Assembly: GCA_963752595.1 (NCBI GenBank)
Contig: CAVVYZ010000001.1
Coordinates: 320,001-384,000, forward strand
DNA: 64,000 nucleotides
Direction of reading: 5' to 3'
Origin: an uncultured delta proteobacterium
GTDB taxonomy: Bacteria > Desulfobacterota > Desulfomonilia > UBA1062
The position numbers and the translations under genes are program-made. Position 1 is the stretch's first letter, and every line of letters starts with the position of its first letter. The notes beneath the pieces are model-generated. The model worked only from the letters and a program-made list of their open reading frames with translations. It was not told where the DNA came from and searched no databases. Positions 51,634 through 61,732 of the stretch are shown here, piece after piece.

Positions 51634-52209
51634 ATGGAGTATCTACTGTTGATTGTCAGTGCAGCGCTCGTGAACAACTTCGTCCTCTCCCGCTTTTTAG
51701 GTATCTGCCCTTTTATCGGAGTATCGAAAAGCACGGATACGGCGATCGGCATGAGCATGGCGGTAGTGTTCGTCATTGCCCTTGCATCCCTTGTCACCTG
51801 GCTGATCAACCATACTCTGCTGGTGCCCAACGGGCTCGAATATCTCCAGACCATCGTATTCATACTTGTCATCGCTTCCCTGGTTCAGCTTGTTGAGATG
51901 ATCATCCAGAAGGTGAGCATGCCGCTTTACCAGGCCCTGGGCATCTATCTGCCCTTGATCACGACCAACTGCGCAGTGCTTGGTGTTGCCATTCTGAACA
52001 TCAACCTCAAATATGATTTACTGCAATCGGTTATTTTCGGAACAGGTTCTGCAGTGGGTTTCGGACTTGCTTTGACCATCTTTGCCGGTATGCGGGAAGA
52101 GATGGATCTCAATAACATTCCCAAGGCTTTCCAGGGAACGCCCATTGCCCTCATCACAGCAGGGATTCTTTCTCTGGCATTCATGGGATTTTCAGGTCTG
52201 GTGAAGTAA
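51634..52209 (+). CDS. rnfA: Rnf complex subunit A
   Basis: [26 protein letters not shown]. Confidence 0.95.
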   Translation: MEYLLLIVSAALVNNFVLSRFLGICPFIGVSKSTDTAIGMSMAVVFVIALASLVTWLINHTLLVPNGLEYLQTIVFILVIASLVQLVEMIIQKVSMPLYQALGIYLPLITTNCAVLGVAILNINLKYDLLQSVIFGTGSAVGFGLALTIFAGMREEMDLNNIPKAFQGTPIALITAGILSLAFMGFSGLVK

Positions 52210-52210
52210 G

Positions 52211-53185
52211 ATGATTACTGCAGCTTTGGTAGTAGGCGGAATCGGGGCAGTATGTGCCCTTATCCTCGGGATATCGTTGGTAACCTTTGCCGTCAAGATG
52301 GACCCCAGGGAAAAAGAGGTCATGGACAGGCTCCCCGGTGCGAATTGCGGTGCATGCGGATATGCCGGCTGTGCTGCCTTTGCCCATGAACTTACCTCAA
52401 ACGCTGACACGCCGATGACATGCCCTGCAGTGAATGCACAAGCCCTGCAGTCCATTGCCGAAGCACTCGGCAGAGAGCTCGGAGGCGTCTCCCAGGTGAT
52501 TGCATGCGTGCGTTGCAAGGGCGGCAAGGCAGAGACCACGGCGCGATATACATACGTCGGCCCAAGGGATTGCCGTTCGGCCCAGCTCATCGCAGGCGGA
52601 TCGAAAGGATGTCAATACGGATGCCTTGGCATGGGCAGCTGCGTTGCTGTATGCCCCTTTGGTGCCATAACTATGGGTGAAGACGGGCTTCCTCATGTGA
52701 TCGCCGATAAGTGCACCGGGTGCGGGAAATGTGTTGGAGCATGTCCACGGATGATCATCGGGCTTGTTCCCAAATCAAGTAACTACTCCGTCGGCTGCAT
52801 ATCCAAGGACGCAGCCAAGGATATGAAGAAATCCTGCCAGGCCGGCTGCATAAAATGCGGGATCTGTGCCGATGTCTGCCCCTTTGAAGCGATCATCGTC
52901 TCAAAAGACAAAGCAGCCGAGATCGACCAGGACAAGTGTCGCCGGTGCGGATTGTGCGTAAGCGTATGCCCCACGGGGGTCATCACTGCACAAAGAACAT
53001 CTGAAAAGGTACGGATTTTGCCGGAGAAGTGCAAAGGATGCGGAATCTGCGAGCAGGTATGCCCTGCCGAGGCTGTCTCCGGTAAACCCAAAGAGCCGTA
53101 TGTCGTGAATGAGGGGAAATGCATCGGCTGCGGCTTGTGCATCGAAAAATGCCCGGCGGACGCCATAGAAAGGAAGCTCGCATGA
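52211..53185 (+). CDS. rnfB: Rnf complex subunit B (polyferredoxin type)
   Basis: LPGANCGACGYAGC plus six ferredoxin-type Cys motifs. Confidence 0.93.
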   Translation: MITAALVVGGIGAVCALILGISLVTFAVKMDPREKEVMDRLPGANCGACGYAGCAAFAHELTSNADTPMTCPAVNAQALQSIAEALGRELGGVSQVIACVRCKGGKAETTARYTYVGPRDCRSAQLIAGGSKGCQYGCLGMGSCVAVCPFGAITMGEDGLPHVIADKCTGCGKCVGACPRMIIGLVPKSSNYSVGCISKDAAKDMKKSCQAGCIKCGICADVCPFEAIIVSKDKAAEIDQDKCRRCGLCVSVCPTGVITAQRTSEKVRILPEKCKGCGICEQVCPAEAVSGKPKEPYVVNEGKCIGCGLCIEKCPADAIERKLA

Positions 53186-54501
53186 GATCATTCAAAGGCG
53201 GTGTTCATCCCCCTGAAGAGAAGGACCTTGTCAAAGACAGCGCGGTCGTGAACTTCCCCTTGAGCTCCCTGTACTATGTGCTTCTTCAGCAGCACCTGGG
53301 CGCACCGTCAAAGCCGATTGTCAAGGTAGGTGAAACCATAAAAAAAGGGCAGGCACTTTCCGAGCCCTCGGGCTTCGTGTCGGCCTCTGTTCATGCTCCT
53401 ACTTCAGGCAAGATCAAGGAAATTGCCCGGATGGTTCACCCGGTGACAGGACTCTTCGGGCCCTGCATCGTTATCGAGGCGGACGGCCACGACGAATGGC
53501 TGGAGGGTTTGCCGGCCGTGCGGGACCCGTTTGCCATGACACGCGATGACCTCCTGGAAGCGGTCCGGTCTGCGGGCATCGTGGGTATGGGCGGTGCAAC
53601 CTTCCCCACCCATGTGAAGCTCTCCCCGCCCAAGGATAAGATCATCGATACCTTTATCGTCAACGGTGTCGAATGCGAGCCTTACCTCTCTTCGGACCAC
53701 CGTCTCATGATTGAAGAGCCTGACCGGGTCTTGAAGGGAACCAGTGTCGCCATGAGGATCCTGGGTCTTGAAAAGGCATATCTTGCGATTGAGGCGAACA
53801 AACCCGACGCTTTACGGGCCATGGAGCAGAAGGCTCCCCCTGAAATTCAGGTCGTATCGCTGAAGGTGAAGTATCCCCAGGGTGCTGAAAAGCAGCTCAT
53901 CAAAGCCCTCACCAACCGCGAGGTACCGACGGGCAGCTTGCCCATGGACGTGGGAACGGTCGTCCAGAATGCTGGGACCTGTGCAGCGATCTGGGACGCC
54001 TGCAGCGCGGGTATTCCACTGATCGAGCGCATTACCTCCGTGACCGGTCGCGGGATTGCACAGCCCAGGAATATCCGGGTGAGGGTAGGGACGCTGCTCA
54101 AGGAGGTCATAGACTTCTGCGGAGGCGCAGAAGATGCTTCCAAGATCATATTCGGCGGGCCCATGATGGGTATCGCCCAGTTCACGAGCGAGATCCCTAT
54201 CATGAAAGGGACTTCCGGAGTTCTTGTCCTGACCGAAAAAGACACTGATATTTCCGAATACTCCGCCTGCATCTCATGCGGCAGATGTGTCGAAGCATGT
54301 CCCATGGGCCTTATCCCTTCGATCTTAAGCAAGCTCGGCGAAAAAGATCAATGGCAGAGGGCAATGGGGAATGACCTGATGGATTGCATTGAATGTGGAT
54401 GCTGCACCTATGTGTGCCCGGCGAGAAGGCCCATCGTCCACTTTATTAAACATCTGAAGGCGCTCTCCCGCTTGGCGAGTGCCAAGAGCAAAGGGGCATG
54501 A
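53182..54501 (+). CDS. rnfC: Rnf complex subunit C
   Basis: FKGGVHP, GMGGATFPT, ECEPY, YPQGAEK, two [4Fe-4S] motifs. Confidence 0.95.
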   Translation: MRSFKGGVHPPEEKDLVKDSAVVNFPLSSLYYVLLQQHLGAPSKPIVKVGETIKKGQALSEPSGFVSASVHAPTSGKIKEIARMVHPVTGLFGPCIVIEADGHDEWLEGLPAVRDPFAMTRDDLLEAVRSAGIVGMGGATFPTHVKLSPPKDKIIDTFIVNGVECEPYLSSDHRLMIEEPDRVLKGTSVAMRILGLEKAYLAIEANKPDALRAMEQKAPPEIQVVSLKVKYPQGAEKQLIKALTNREVPTGSLPMDVGTVVQNAGTCAAIWDACSAGIPLIERITSVTGRGIAQPRNIRVRVGTLLKEVIDFCGGAEDASKIIFGGPMMGIAQFTSEIPIMKGTSGVLVLTEKDTDISEYSACISCGRCVEACPMGLIPSILSKLGEKDQWQRAMGNDLMDCIECGCCTYVCPARRPIVHFIKHLKALSRLASAKSKGA

Positions 54502-54502
54502 G

Positions 54503-55483
54503 ATGAAGGATATATACGTTTCGAGCTCTCCACATGTCCATTCACCGGAGGACATACCCTGGATCATGCGGCAGGTCATCTATGCCCTGATGCCAGGTGC
54601 TTTGATCGGGGTATACTTCTTCGGTTTTCCAGCCATAAAGGTCATCGCCGTAACAATGGTATCGTGCGTTGGGGTCGAGGCGGTGTGGCAAAGGATCTCG
54701 AAGCAGAAAAACACAGTGAACGACTGGTCTGCTGCCCTGACCGGCCTGCTTCTCGCCATGAACCTCCCTTCCGGCTCCCCTTGGTGGCTGGCAGTGATCG
54801 GCTCGGCGGTGGCCATCATCTTCGGCAAACAGGTATACGGCGGGCTTGGGAATAATCCCTTCAACCCTGCCCTGGTTGCACGGGTATTCCTCCTGATCTC
54901 TTTCCCTGTTGCCATGACGACCTGGCCTAAGCCGCGGTCGTTTTTTTCTGAACCTTCCGATGTAGTGACAAGCGCTACTCCGCTCGGTGCGCTGAAGACG
55001 GCCATCTTCGAGCATCACTCCGTAACGGCAGCACCGCATCTCAATCTCATGGACCCGTTCCTTGGAAACATAGGGGGGTCGCTGGGAGAGATCTCTGCAC
55101 TTGCACTGATCCTGGGAGGGGTCTACCTCATCGTCCGGAAGATCATCACCTGGCACATCCCTGTTTCATATCTGGGGAGCGTAGCCCTGTTCACGGGAAT
55201 TCTCTGGGGCATCAACCCCGGCATCTATGCAAGTCCATCCTTCCACCTGGTTACCGGTGGTTTGATGCTGGGGGCCTTCTTCATGGCAACCGACATGGTG
55301 ACTACACCCATTACCAATATGGGCAAGCTTGTTTTCGGCATAGGGTGCGGGGCCGTTACGGTCATCATCCGGATCTGGGGAGGGTATCCCGAGGGGGTGT
55401 CATTTGCCATACTCATCATGAATGCCCTTGTCCCGCTGATAAACAGGGCCACGCGGCCCGTGAAATACGGAGCAATAAAATGA
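54503..55483 (+). CDS. rnfD: Rnf complex subunit D
   Basis: SSSPH, GGLGNNPFNPA, SATPL (FMN site), FMATD. Confidence 0.95.
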   Translation: MKDIYVSSSPHVHSPEDIPWIMRQVIYALMPGALIGVYFFGFPAIKVIAVTMVSCVGVEAVWQRISKQKNTVNDWSAALTGLLLAMNLPSGSPWWLAVIGSAVAIIFGKQVYGGLGNNPFNPALVARVFLLISFPVAMTTWPKPRSFFSEPSDVVTSATPLGALKTAIFEHHSVTAAPHLNLMDPFLGNIGGSLGEISALALILGGVYLIVRKIITWHIPVSYLGSVALFTGILWGINPGIYASPSFHLVTGGLMLGAFFMATDMVTTPITNMGKLVFGIGCGAVTVIIRIWGGYPEGVSFAILIMNALVPLINRATRPVKYGAIK

Positions 55484-56055
55484 AGGAGATAATCAGACTC
55501 GTGGGAGTCCTGACGACTGTATGTGTCCTGGCCGGGCTATCCCTTGCGTATGTGAACGAAAAGACCAAAGAGCCGAGGGCGTATCAGGACAGATTGAAAC
55601 TGCTCAGCTCGCTCAACATGGTATTGCCGCAGCATGACAACGATCCGGATAAGGACTCCGTTACGGTAGGCGGCACGACTTATTATATTTCGAAGGCGAA
55701 TGGCGGGGTCAACGGGATCGCTTTCGAGACTTCATCCGATAAGGGGTACGCAGGCCTGATCAGGGTTATGGTCGGCGTCAAGCCTGACGGAGAGATCCTG
55801 TCGGTAGGCATCATAGATCAGAAAGAAACCCCCGGGCTCGGCTCGAAGATTACCGAAGGATGGTTTACCGACCAATACAAGGGAAAGTCGCTCGAAAATG
55901 CCCAGTGGAAGGTAAAGAAAGACGGCGGTGATTTCGACCAGATCTCCGGTGCCACTATCTCGCCAAGGGCCGTAACAGGTGCGGTGAAGAACGGTCTCGA
56001 GAATTACCAGAAAAACAAGGAGCAGATACTGGGAGGCAGCAATGTCGTTCAATAG
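55480..56055 (+). CDS. rnfG: Rnf complex subunit G
   Basis: GYAG, ETPGLG, ISGATIS (FMN site). Confidence 0.94.
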   Translation: MKEIIRLVGVLTTVCVLAGLSLAYVNEKTKEPRAYQDRLKLLSSLNMVLPQHDNDPDKDSVTVGGTTYYISKANGGVNGIAFETSSDKGYAGLIRVMVGVKPDGEILSVGIIDQKETPGLGSKITEGWFTDQYKGKSLENAQWKVKKDGGDFDQISGATISPRAVTGAVKNGLENYQKNKEQILGGSNVVQ

Positions 56056-56629
56056 CGAGTTGATCAAGGGAATCTGGAAAGAAAACCCTCTCTTTGTGAT
56101 AGTCTTAGGCACCTGTCCTACTTTGGCTGTTTCCACCAGCATGGAAAACGGCATCGGCATGGGCATCGCTGCGACATTCGTGCTCGTATGCTCGAATATC
56201 GTGGTTTCAGCGGTCCGGAAATATGTCCCGGACAGTGTACGCATAGCAGTATACATCATTATCATTGCTTCTTTCGTAACCGTTGTGGATCTCGTCATGA
56301 GCGCCTATTTCAGGACCCTCTATAATGCTTTGGGGATCTTTATCCCTCTGATCGTGGTGAATTGCATCATCCTCGGAAGGGCAGAGGCCTTTGCATCGAG
56401 GAACTCGATTTCCATGTCCATTGCCGACGGTATAGGAATGGGGGGAGGTTTTACCCTGGCACTCCTTATGATCGGCAGTGTCAGGGAACTCCTGGGGAAC
56501 GGATCACTCTTCGGACATCACCTTTTCGGCAGCAGCTATATCCCGATTCTCGTCATGATACTTCCTCCCGGTGCTTTTCTCACGTACGGGGCGCTTACCG
56601 CTGTAGTAAATTCCTTGAAAAAGAGATAA
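56042..56629 (+). CDS. rnfE: Rnf complex subunit E
   Basis: LGTCPTLAVS, IPLIVVNC, LPPGAF. Confidence 0.95.
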   Translation: MSFNSELIKGIWKENPLFVIVLGTCPTLAVSTSMENGIGMGIAATFVLVCSNIVVSAVRKYVPDSVRIAVYIIIIASFVTVVDLVMSAYFRTLYNALGIFIPLIVVNCIILGRAEAFASRNSISMSIADGIGMGGGFTLALLMIGSVRELLGNGSLFGHHLFGSSYIPILVMILPPGAFLTYGALTAVVNSLKKR

Positions 56630-56672
56630 TGCATTGACAAAGATTTTTCTTTTCTATTGAATTGGAGAGATT

Positions 56673-57521
56673 ATGATTGCGGAGATTTTAGAAAAACAAC
56701 AGCTGTCCAAAGGTGTATTCAGAATAGTCCTCTCCGGACCGAAGATCGCAAGGAAGCGAAAAGCCGGCCAATTTGTCGTGATACGGATTAACGAACAGGG
56801 CGAGAGGATACCGCTCACAATCGCAGATGCGGATCCTGACAAAGGAACAGTCACCATCATATTTCAGATGGTGGGGAAATCCACGAGGCACCTTGCGGAT
56901 CTCAACGTCGGCGATACGATTCTCGACCTCGTCGGTCCCCTTGGGAAACCTACCCGTGTCGAAAATTTCGGAACTGTTGCCTGTATAGGCGGCGGGATCG
57001 GGATAGCACCACTCTACCCCATAACCCAGGCTATGAAGGCTGCTGGGAATCATGTCATATCCATCATCGGCGCACGGACAAAAGAAGTCCTCATCATGGA
57101 AGACCAGATGAAAGCCGTATCTGACGAGATGATTGCAACAACGGATGACGGGTCCTATGGATTCAAAGGTTTTGTCAGCCAGGCCCTCGAAGAGAAGTTT
57201 CTGCTGCCCGGAAAGAAGGTCGATCTCGTGGTGGCCATCGGGCCGGTCCCGATGATGAGGTCGGTGTGCGATGTTACCAGAAAATATGATGTTCCCACGG
57301 TCGTATCCTTGAACTCGATTATGGTGGACGCTACGGGAATGTGCGGAGCGTGCAGGGTGAGCGTCGGCGGGAAGACCCAGTTCGTCTGCGTAGACGGTCC
57401 GGAATTCGATGGGCACCAGGTAGATTTTAAACAGCTCATGGACAGGCTTTGTATCTATCTCGGCGACGAAAAGCAAAGCATTGATCACTACTGCTCGTGT
57501 ACACGGCAGGTATCGGGATAA
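56673..57521 (+). CDS. nfnA: Electron-bifurcating transhydrogenase small subunit NfnA (SudB-like)
   Basis: GERIPLT, GPLG, MVDATGMCGACRV, CVDGPEF. Confidence 0.92.
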   Translation: MIAEILEKQQLSKGVFRIVLSGPKIARKRKAGQFVVIRINEQGERIPLTIADADPDKGTVTIIFQMVGKSTRHLADLNVGDTILDLVGPLGKPTRVENFGTVACIGGGIGIAPLYPITQAMKAAGNHVISIIGARTKEVLIMEDQMKAVSDEMIATTDDGSYGFKGFVSQALEEKFLLPGKKVDLVVAIGPVPMMRSVCDVTRKYDVPTVVSLNSIMVDATGMCGACRVSVGGKTQFVCVDGPEFDGHQVDFKQLMDRLCIYLGDEKQSIDHYCSCTRQVSG

Positions 57522-57526
57522 GCACC

Positions 57527-58930
57527 ATGGAAATGAAAGACAGGCTCAAGATTCTCCGGCAGCCGATGCCGGAGCAGGCTCCAAAGGTTCGCGCAAGGAA
57601 TTTCGACGAGGTTCCACTCGGCTATAAGCCTGATACTGCCAAAGTAGAGGCATTGCGCTGCATCCAGTGTAAGAACCGCCCGTGCGTTGAAGGATGCCCG
57701 GTTGAAATCGATATCCCTGCTTTCATCGCACTTGTCGCTGAAGACAAGTTCGTTGAAGCAGCGAAGAAGATCAAGGAAACGAATGCCCTGCCTGCAGTAT
57801 GCGGGCGCGTATGTCCCCAGGAGGTCCAGTGCGAGATGAAGTGCGTACGGGGCAAAAAGGGCGAGCCCGTAGCCATCGGAAGGCTCGAACGGTTTGTCGC
57901 TGATAACGAGCGGGCAGCAGGCGAGGTATCGATCCCCAAGATTCCTGCAAAGACAGGGAAGAGAATCGCCATAGTCGGTTCCGGGCCCGCCGGGCTTACG
58001 GTGGCGGGCGATCTCGTTCAGTTCGGACATGACGTGACCATCTTCGAGGCGCTTCATGCACCGGGCGGCGTTCTCGTATATGGAATCCCCGAGTTCAGGC
58101 TGCCTAAGGCAATCGTTGCGGCAGAGGTCGACTACCTCAAAAAGATGGGGGTAAAGATCGAGACATCCTATGTTATAGGAAAGCTCGATACGGTCGATGA
58201 TCTTTTCGAAGAAGGATATGATGCGGTATTTATCGGGACCGGGGCAGGCCTGCCCACCTTCATGAACATCCCGGGAGAAAATCTCAACGGCGTGTACTCG
58301 GCCAATGAGTACCTTACCCGTTCAAACCTCATGAAGGCATACCGATTCCCCGAATATGACACACCCATTGTCCGGGGCAAAAACGTGGCAGTCGTCGGCG
58401 GCGGAAACGTGGCCATGGATTCTGCACGTACTGCCATGAGGCTCGGCGCGGACAATGTCTACCTCATTTATCGAAGGTCACGGGTAGAGATGCCGGCTCG
58501 GTCAGAAGAGATCCACCATGCCGAGGAAGAGGGGATTCAGATTCACCTCCTTACGAACCCGATCCGTTATATCGGTAATGACAAGGGATGGGTTGTGGGT
58601 GTAGAATGTTTAAAAATGGAATTGGGAGAGCCTGATGATTCCGGGCGTAGAAGGCCTGTACCCATGAAGGGGAGCGAGTTCGTCATCGATATCGATACCG
58701 TGGTTGTGGCAATCGGAGCAGGTTCGAACCCCCTGGTCCAGAGCACGACGCCTGGTCTGGAAACGAACAAATGGAATTACATCATTGCAGATGAGGAAAC
58801 CGGTCAGACCTCCCGGGAGGGCGTATTTGCAGGTGGTGACATCGTCACGGGTGCAGCCACGGTCATCCTCGCCATGGGTGCCGGCAGAAAGGCAGCCAGG
58901 GCAATCCATAAGTATGTAATGTCAAAGTAA
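57527..58930 (+). CDS. nfnB: Electron-bifurcating transhydrogenase large subunit NfnB (SudA/GltD-like)
   Basis: RCIQCKNRPCVEGCP, CGRVCPQEVQCE, GSGPAG, GGGNVAMD, GAATVILAMG. Confidence 0.92.
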   Translation: MEMKDRLKILRQPMPEQAPKVRARNFDEVPLGYKPDTAKVEALRCIQCKNRPCVEGCPVEIDIPAFIALVAEDKFVEAAKKIKETNALPAVCGRVCPQEVQCEMKCVRGKKGEPVAIGRLERFVADNERAAGEVSIPKIPAKTGKRIAIVGSGPAGLTVAGDLVQFGHDVTIFEALHAPGGVLVYGIPEFRLPKAIVAAEVDYLKKMGVKIETSYVIGKLDTVDDLFEEGYDAVFIGTGAGLPTFMNIPGENLNGVYSANEYLTRSNLMKAYRFPEYDTPIVRGKNVAVVGGGNVAMDSARTAMRLGADNVYLIYRRSRVEMPARSEEIHHAEEEGIQIHLLTNPIRYIGNDKGWVVGVECLKMELGEPDDSGRRRPVPMKGSEFVIDIDTVVVAIGAGSNPLVQSTTPGLETNKWNYIIADEETGQTSREGVFAGGDIVTGAATVILAMGAGRKAARAIHKYVMSK

Positions 58931-58951
58931 TATACAACGATAGGAGACGAT

Positions 58952-59317
58952 ATGACCCTTGCTGAGATTAAAAAAATCCTCGATGCTGATGTGATTGTCG
59001 GCGAAGAAATGCTGAGCATGGAAGTCAACACCGGATTTGCTGCAGATCTGATGAGTGATGTGCTCGCATTTGCAAAAGAAGGGTCGATCCTCCTGACAGG
59101 GCTTACCAATCCGCTGGTCGTCCGGACAGCGGAGACGCTCGACTTGAGGGCCATCATCTTTGTGAGGGGGAAAAGGCCTTCTCCTGAAGCCATGAAGCTT
59201 GCCCAGGAAAAGAGCATTCCCCTGCTCGGGACAAAGTATATCCTGTTCGAATCCTGCGGGAGGCTTTTCGCTTCAGGCATGAGGGGTTCAATCCAGAGGG
59301 TAGGTGAGGGCTCGTAG
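58952..59317 (+). CDS. DRTGG-domain protein
   Basis: AADLMSDVLA, LLTGLTN, FVRGK. Confidence 0.85.
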   Translation: MTLAEIKKILDADVIVGEEMLSMEVNTGFAADLMSDVLAFAKEGSILLTGLTNPLVVRTAETLDLRAIIFVRGKRPSPEAMKLAQEKSIPLLGTKYILFESCGRLFASGMRGSIQRVGEGS

Positions 59318-59471
59318 GCTTCATGGAAAAAATATCCCCCCAAAAGGTAGATGTCGACGTTTTTTGCAGAGTGAGGGTGACGAATATATTCAACTTTTCT
59401 GTAACAATTGTTGCAAATTCAAGTTTAAGTTGATATATATTTGAGTCGATAATGTATATAAGAGGTAAGAT

Positions 59472-59780
59472 ATGGCTGGTGCAACCGATATATCTTCAAT
59501 CCTGTCGCAGGCAGGAAGGATTGAGAAGATAAACCAGAACTCGTTTGTGCAGTCCGAGGTGGCCAGACAAATCCTCACCGAAGACGAAGCCAAGCAGAGG
59601 CTTCGGAAGAACAGGGAAGTAAACGAATCCGACAAACCTCACGATATAGCCACTAAGGACCGTGAACACCGCAGGCAGAAAGAGCAGAAAAAATCACATC
59701 AGGAAGGTCTTGAAAAGGATAATCCCGAAGGCGGCACCCAGGAGACCGGTAAGAGGCATATCATAGATGTTGTGGTATAG
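59472..59780 (+). CDS. Hypothetical charged protein (C-terminal IDVVV), flagellar-cluster-like
   Basis: GAGG RBS; 102 aa; co-oriented with the fliK/flhB-like genes. Confidence 0.65.
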   Translation: MAGATDISSILSQAGRIEKINQNSFVQSEVARQILTEDEAKQRLRKNREVNESDKPHDIATKDREHRRQKEQKKSHQEGLEKDNPEGGTQETGKRHIIDVVV

Positions 59781-59796
59781 GTTCAGGACTTAAACG

Positions 59797-60240
59797 ATGT
59801 GGTTTCAATCTCTTGATCCGACAAAGATCCTGCTCCTGATCCAGTTTGTCGTTCAGGCAGTTCTCCTGGGCATCGTCATATACTTCATTCTCGTTGATAA
59901 GAAAAAGAACCTCCCAACTGAAGTCCTCGACGAACTTAAAGGCGTATTGCAGGAGACCCAGCATCTTTCCGACAACTTCCGTGACCAGATCCAGGCCAAG
60001 GTCGATATCGTCAAGGTGGCCATGAACGAACTCGATGATAAAATCCGTGAAGCCAGGCTGCTGATGGAAGGACTGGAGAAGACAGCGGTGAATACGAAGC
60101 AGACGAGAGACTATACCCAAACGGACGTGGTCAGATTGTATAAAGGGGGTTTCGATCCGGTCGATATCTCCCAGATTACCGGTATCCCCGTTGGCGAGAT
60201 CCAGCTCATGGTCAAGATAACCAATGGGGATAATGCCTAA
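59797..60240 (+). CDS. TM-coiled coil-HTH protein (DUF6115/DUF2802-like)
   Basis: N-terminal TM, coiled coil, C-terminal LYKGG...ISQITGIPVGEIQLM. Confidence 0.65.
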   Translation: MWFQSLDPTKILLLIQFVVQAVLLGIVIYFILVDKKKNLPTEVLDELKGVLQETQHLSDNFRDQIQAKVDIVKVAMNELDDKIREARLLMEGLEKTAVNTKQTRDYTQTDVVRLYKGGFDPVDISQITGIPVGEIQLMVKITNGDNA

Positions 60241-60245
60241 AAACA

Positions 60246-61016
60246 ATGCAGATAAACCCTGCACTGGCTCGATTGGGCAGCATCGTCTTAACAGAAAACA
60301 TTCCCTCTATCTCCATTGGCAGGTCCGTGATCGCAACAGTGCTTTCAGCGCCGAAAGGGGGATCGGTTCTTGTTTCCATGTTCGGGAAGCGCCTGTTTGT
60401 GGAAACCACGATGTCCCTGCAGAAAGGCCAGGTGCTCAACCTGAAGGTTCATGCAGTAACTCCGAAAATAATCCTCAAGCCGTCCCCGGAGGAAGTCGAG
60501 AGTAAAAATTCTCCCATGAGAGAACTCGGCAGTATGCTGAGCCGGATCGCCGGGAAATTCGGGGAGAAACCGGTCAGTTCGTTTCTCGTCCAGGAAATCA
60601 CACGGAAGTTGTCTTCCCGGGGAGCGGATGACGGACCATCGGCTCAATTCGTCACATCGGTCCTGGATCAGATATACCAGTATCCCCAGGCCCTTGCATA
60701 TCTTCTCATCCCCCTGGTGGATGGAGATTCAGGCTCCGGTGCGAAAGTATCGATCGAAAAGGAAGATGACGCCTATATCCTTCATTTCGATATCGATACC
60801 GAGAACCTGGGAAATATTGAATGCAGGGCATGCATGAACAAAGGCAGCGGCATAGATGTGGAGATCAAGACCCCGTCTTTGGAGATCGCCGATTTTCTTA
60901 AAAGCGGTATCCACGAGCTGAAGGAAAGTCTCGAACCTTTCGGTGTCCGTTCTATCGAGGTGGTGCGAGCACGCTTAAGCAAGGCCTCTCGCAAGGAGGT
61001 CGATGTCCTCGTATGA
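60246..61016 (+). CDS. FliK C-terminal-domain-like protein
   Basis: LHFDIDTENLGNIE...LKESL...EVDVLV; directly upstream of a FlhB-C-like gene. Confidence 0.6.
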   Translation: MQINPALARLGSIVLTENIPSISIGRSVIATVLSAPKGGSVLVSMFGKRLFVETTMSLQKGQVLNLKVHAVTPKIILKPSPEEVESKNSPMRELGSMLSRIAGKFGEKPVSSFLVQEITRKLSSRGADDGPSAQFVTSVLDQIYQYPQALAYLLIPLVDGDSGSGAKVSIEKEDDAYILHFDIDTENLGNIECRACMNKGSGIDVEIKTPSLEIADFLKSGIHELKESLEPFGVRSIEVVRARLSKASRKEVDVLV

Positions 61017-61286
61017 AAAAAGGAACATGATAAGGCCGTAGCGCTGAAATATGAGCGGGGCAAGGACCCCGCACCAAAGGTGACAGCCAAGGGAAGCGGT
61101 ACTGTTGCTGAAAAGATCCTCGCCATTGCCAAGGAGAACAATATCCCCATCAGGCAGGACAAGACGCTTCTCGATGCACTCTATAAGCTCGATATCAATG
61201 AAGAAATACCCGAAGAGCTCTACAGGGTCATTGCCGAGATTCTGGCCTTTATCTACCGGATGAACCGGTCTAAAGCCCCGAAATAA
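61013..61286 (+). CDS. FlhB C-terminal-like (EscU/YscU/YlqH-type) protein, frameshifted in an A6 run at 61016-61021
   Basis: Removing one A gives MKKEHDKAVALKYERGKDPAPKVTAKG...AEKILAIAKENNIPI...IPEELYRVIAEILAFIY. Confidence 0.8.
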
Positions 61287-61732
61287 ACCCCAGGTTCATC
61301 CGGAATGCTAAGGAATTCTTGATGCATTGTCTCTCAACGGGCCAATTCTACGGCAATGGGTGAGATGACTATAAATATAGATGTATCTCCGCTTTATCGG
61401 TAATCACCGCTCTGACCTTTTATGCAATTCGTTCAGCGCCTTGTAAAAAGCAATGTCGCTGTTCGTTCAAGTCACAGCTTTTGATCCGAAGGGAAGGGAA
61501 TTCTTTCAAAAACAATAAACAGTTGAACTTAAACGATGAGATTACATCTGATAAGACATCGAAATATTTGCACTTAATAACGCAGGGCACTGGTCTCTTG
61601 GAATACCAAGATTACGGTATTTAAGATTATTTTAATGAAAGAATTCAGTAACTAGATGTTGACCTAGAGTATGGGCTATGTTATACATTATTTATAAAAA
61701 ATGAGTCTTCATTCAAAAATAAGGTGTGCCAA

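Noticed and set aside
57527-58930. Glutamate synthase small subunit (gltD)
   Set aside because: No gltB is present, and an upstream NfnA/SudB partner indicates NfnAB.
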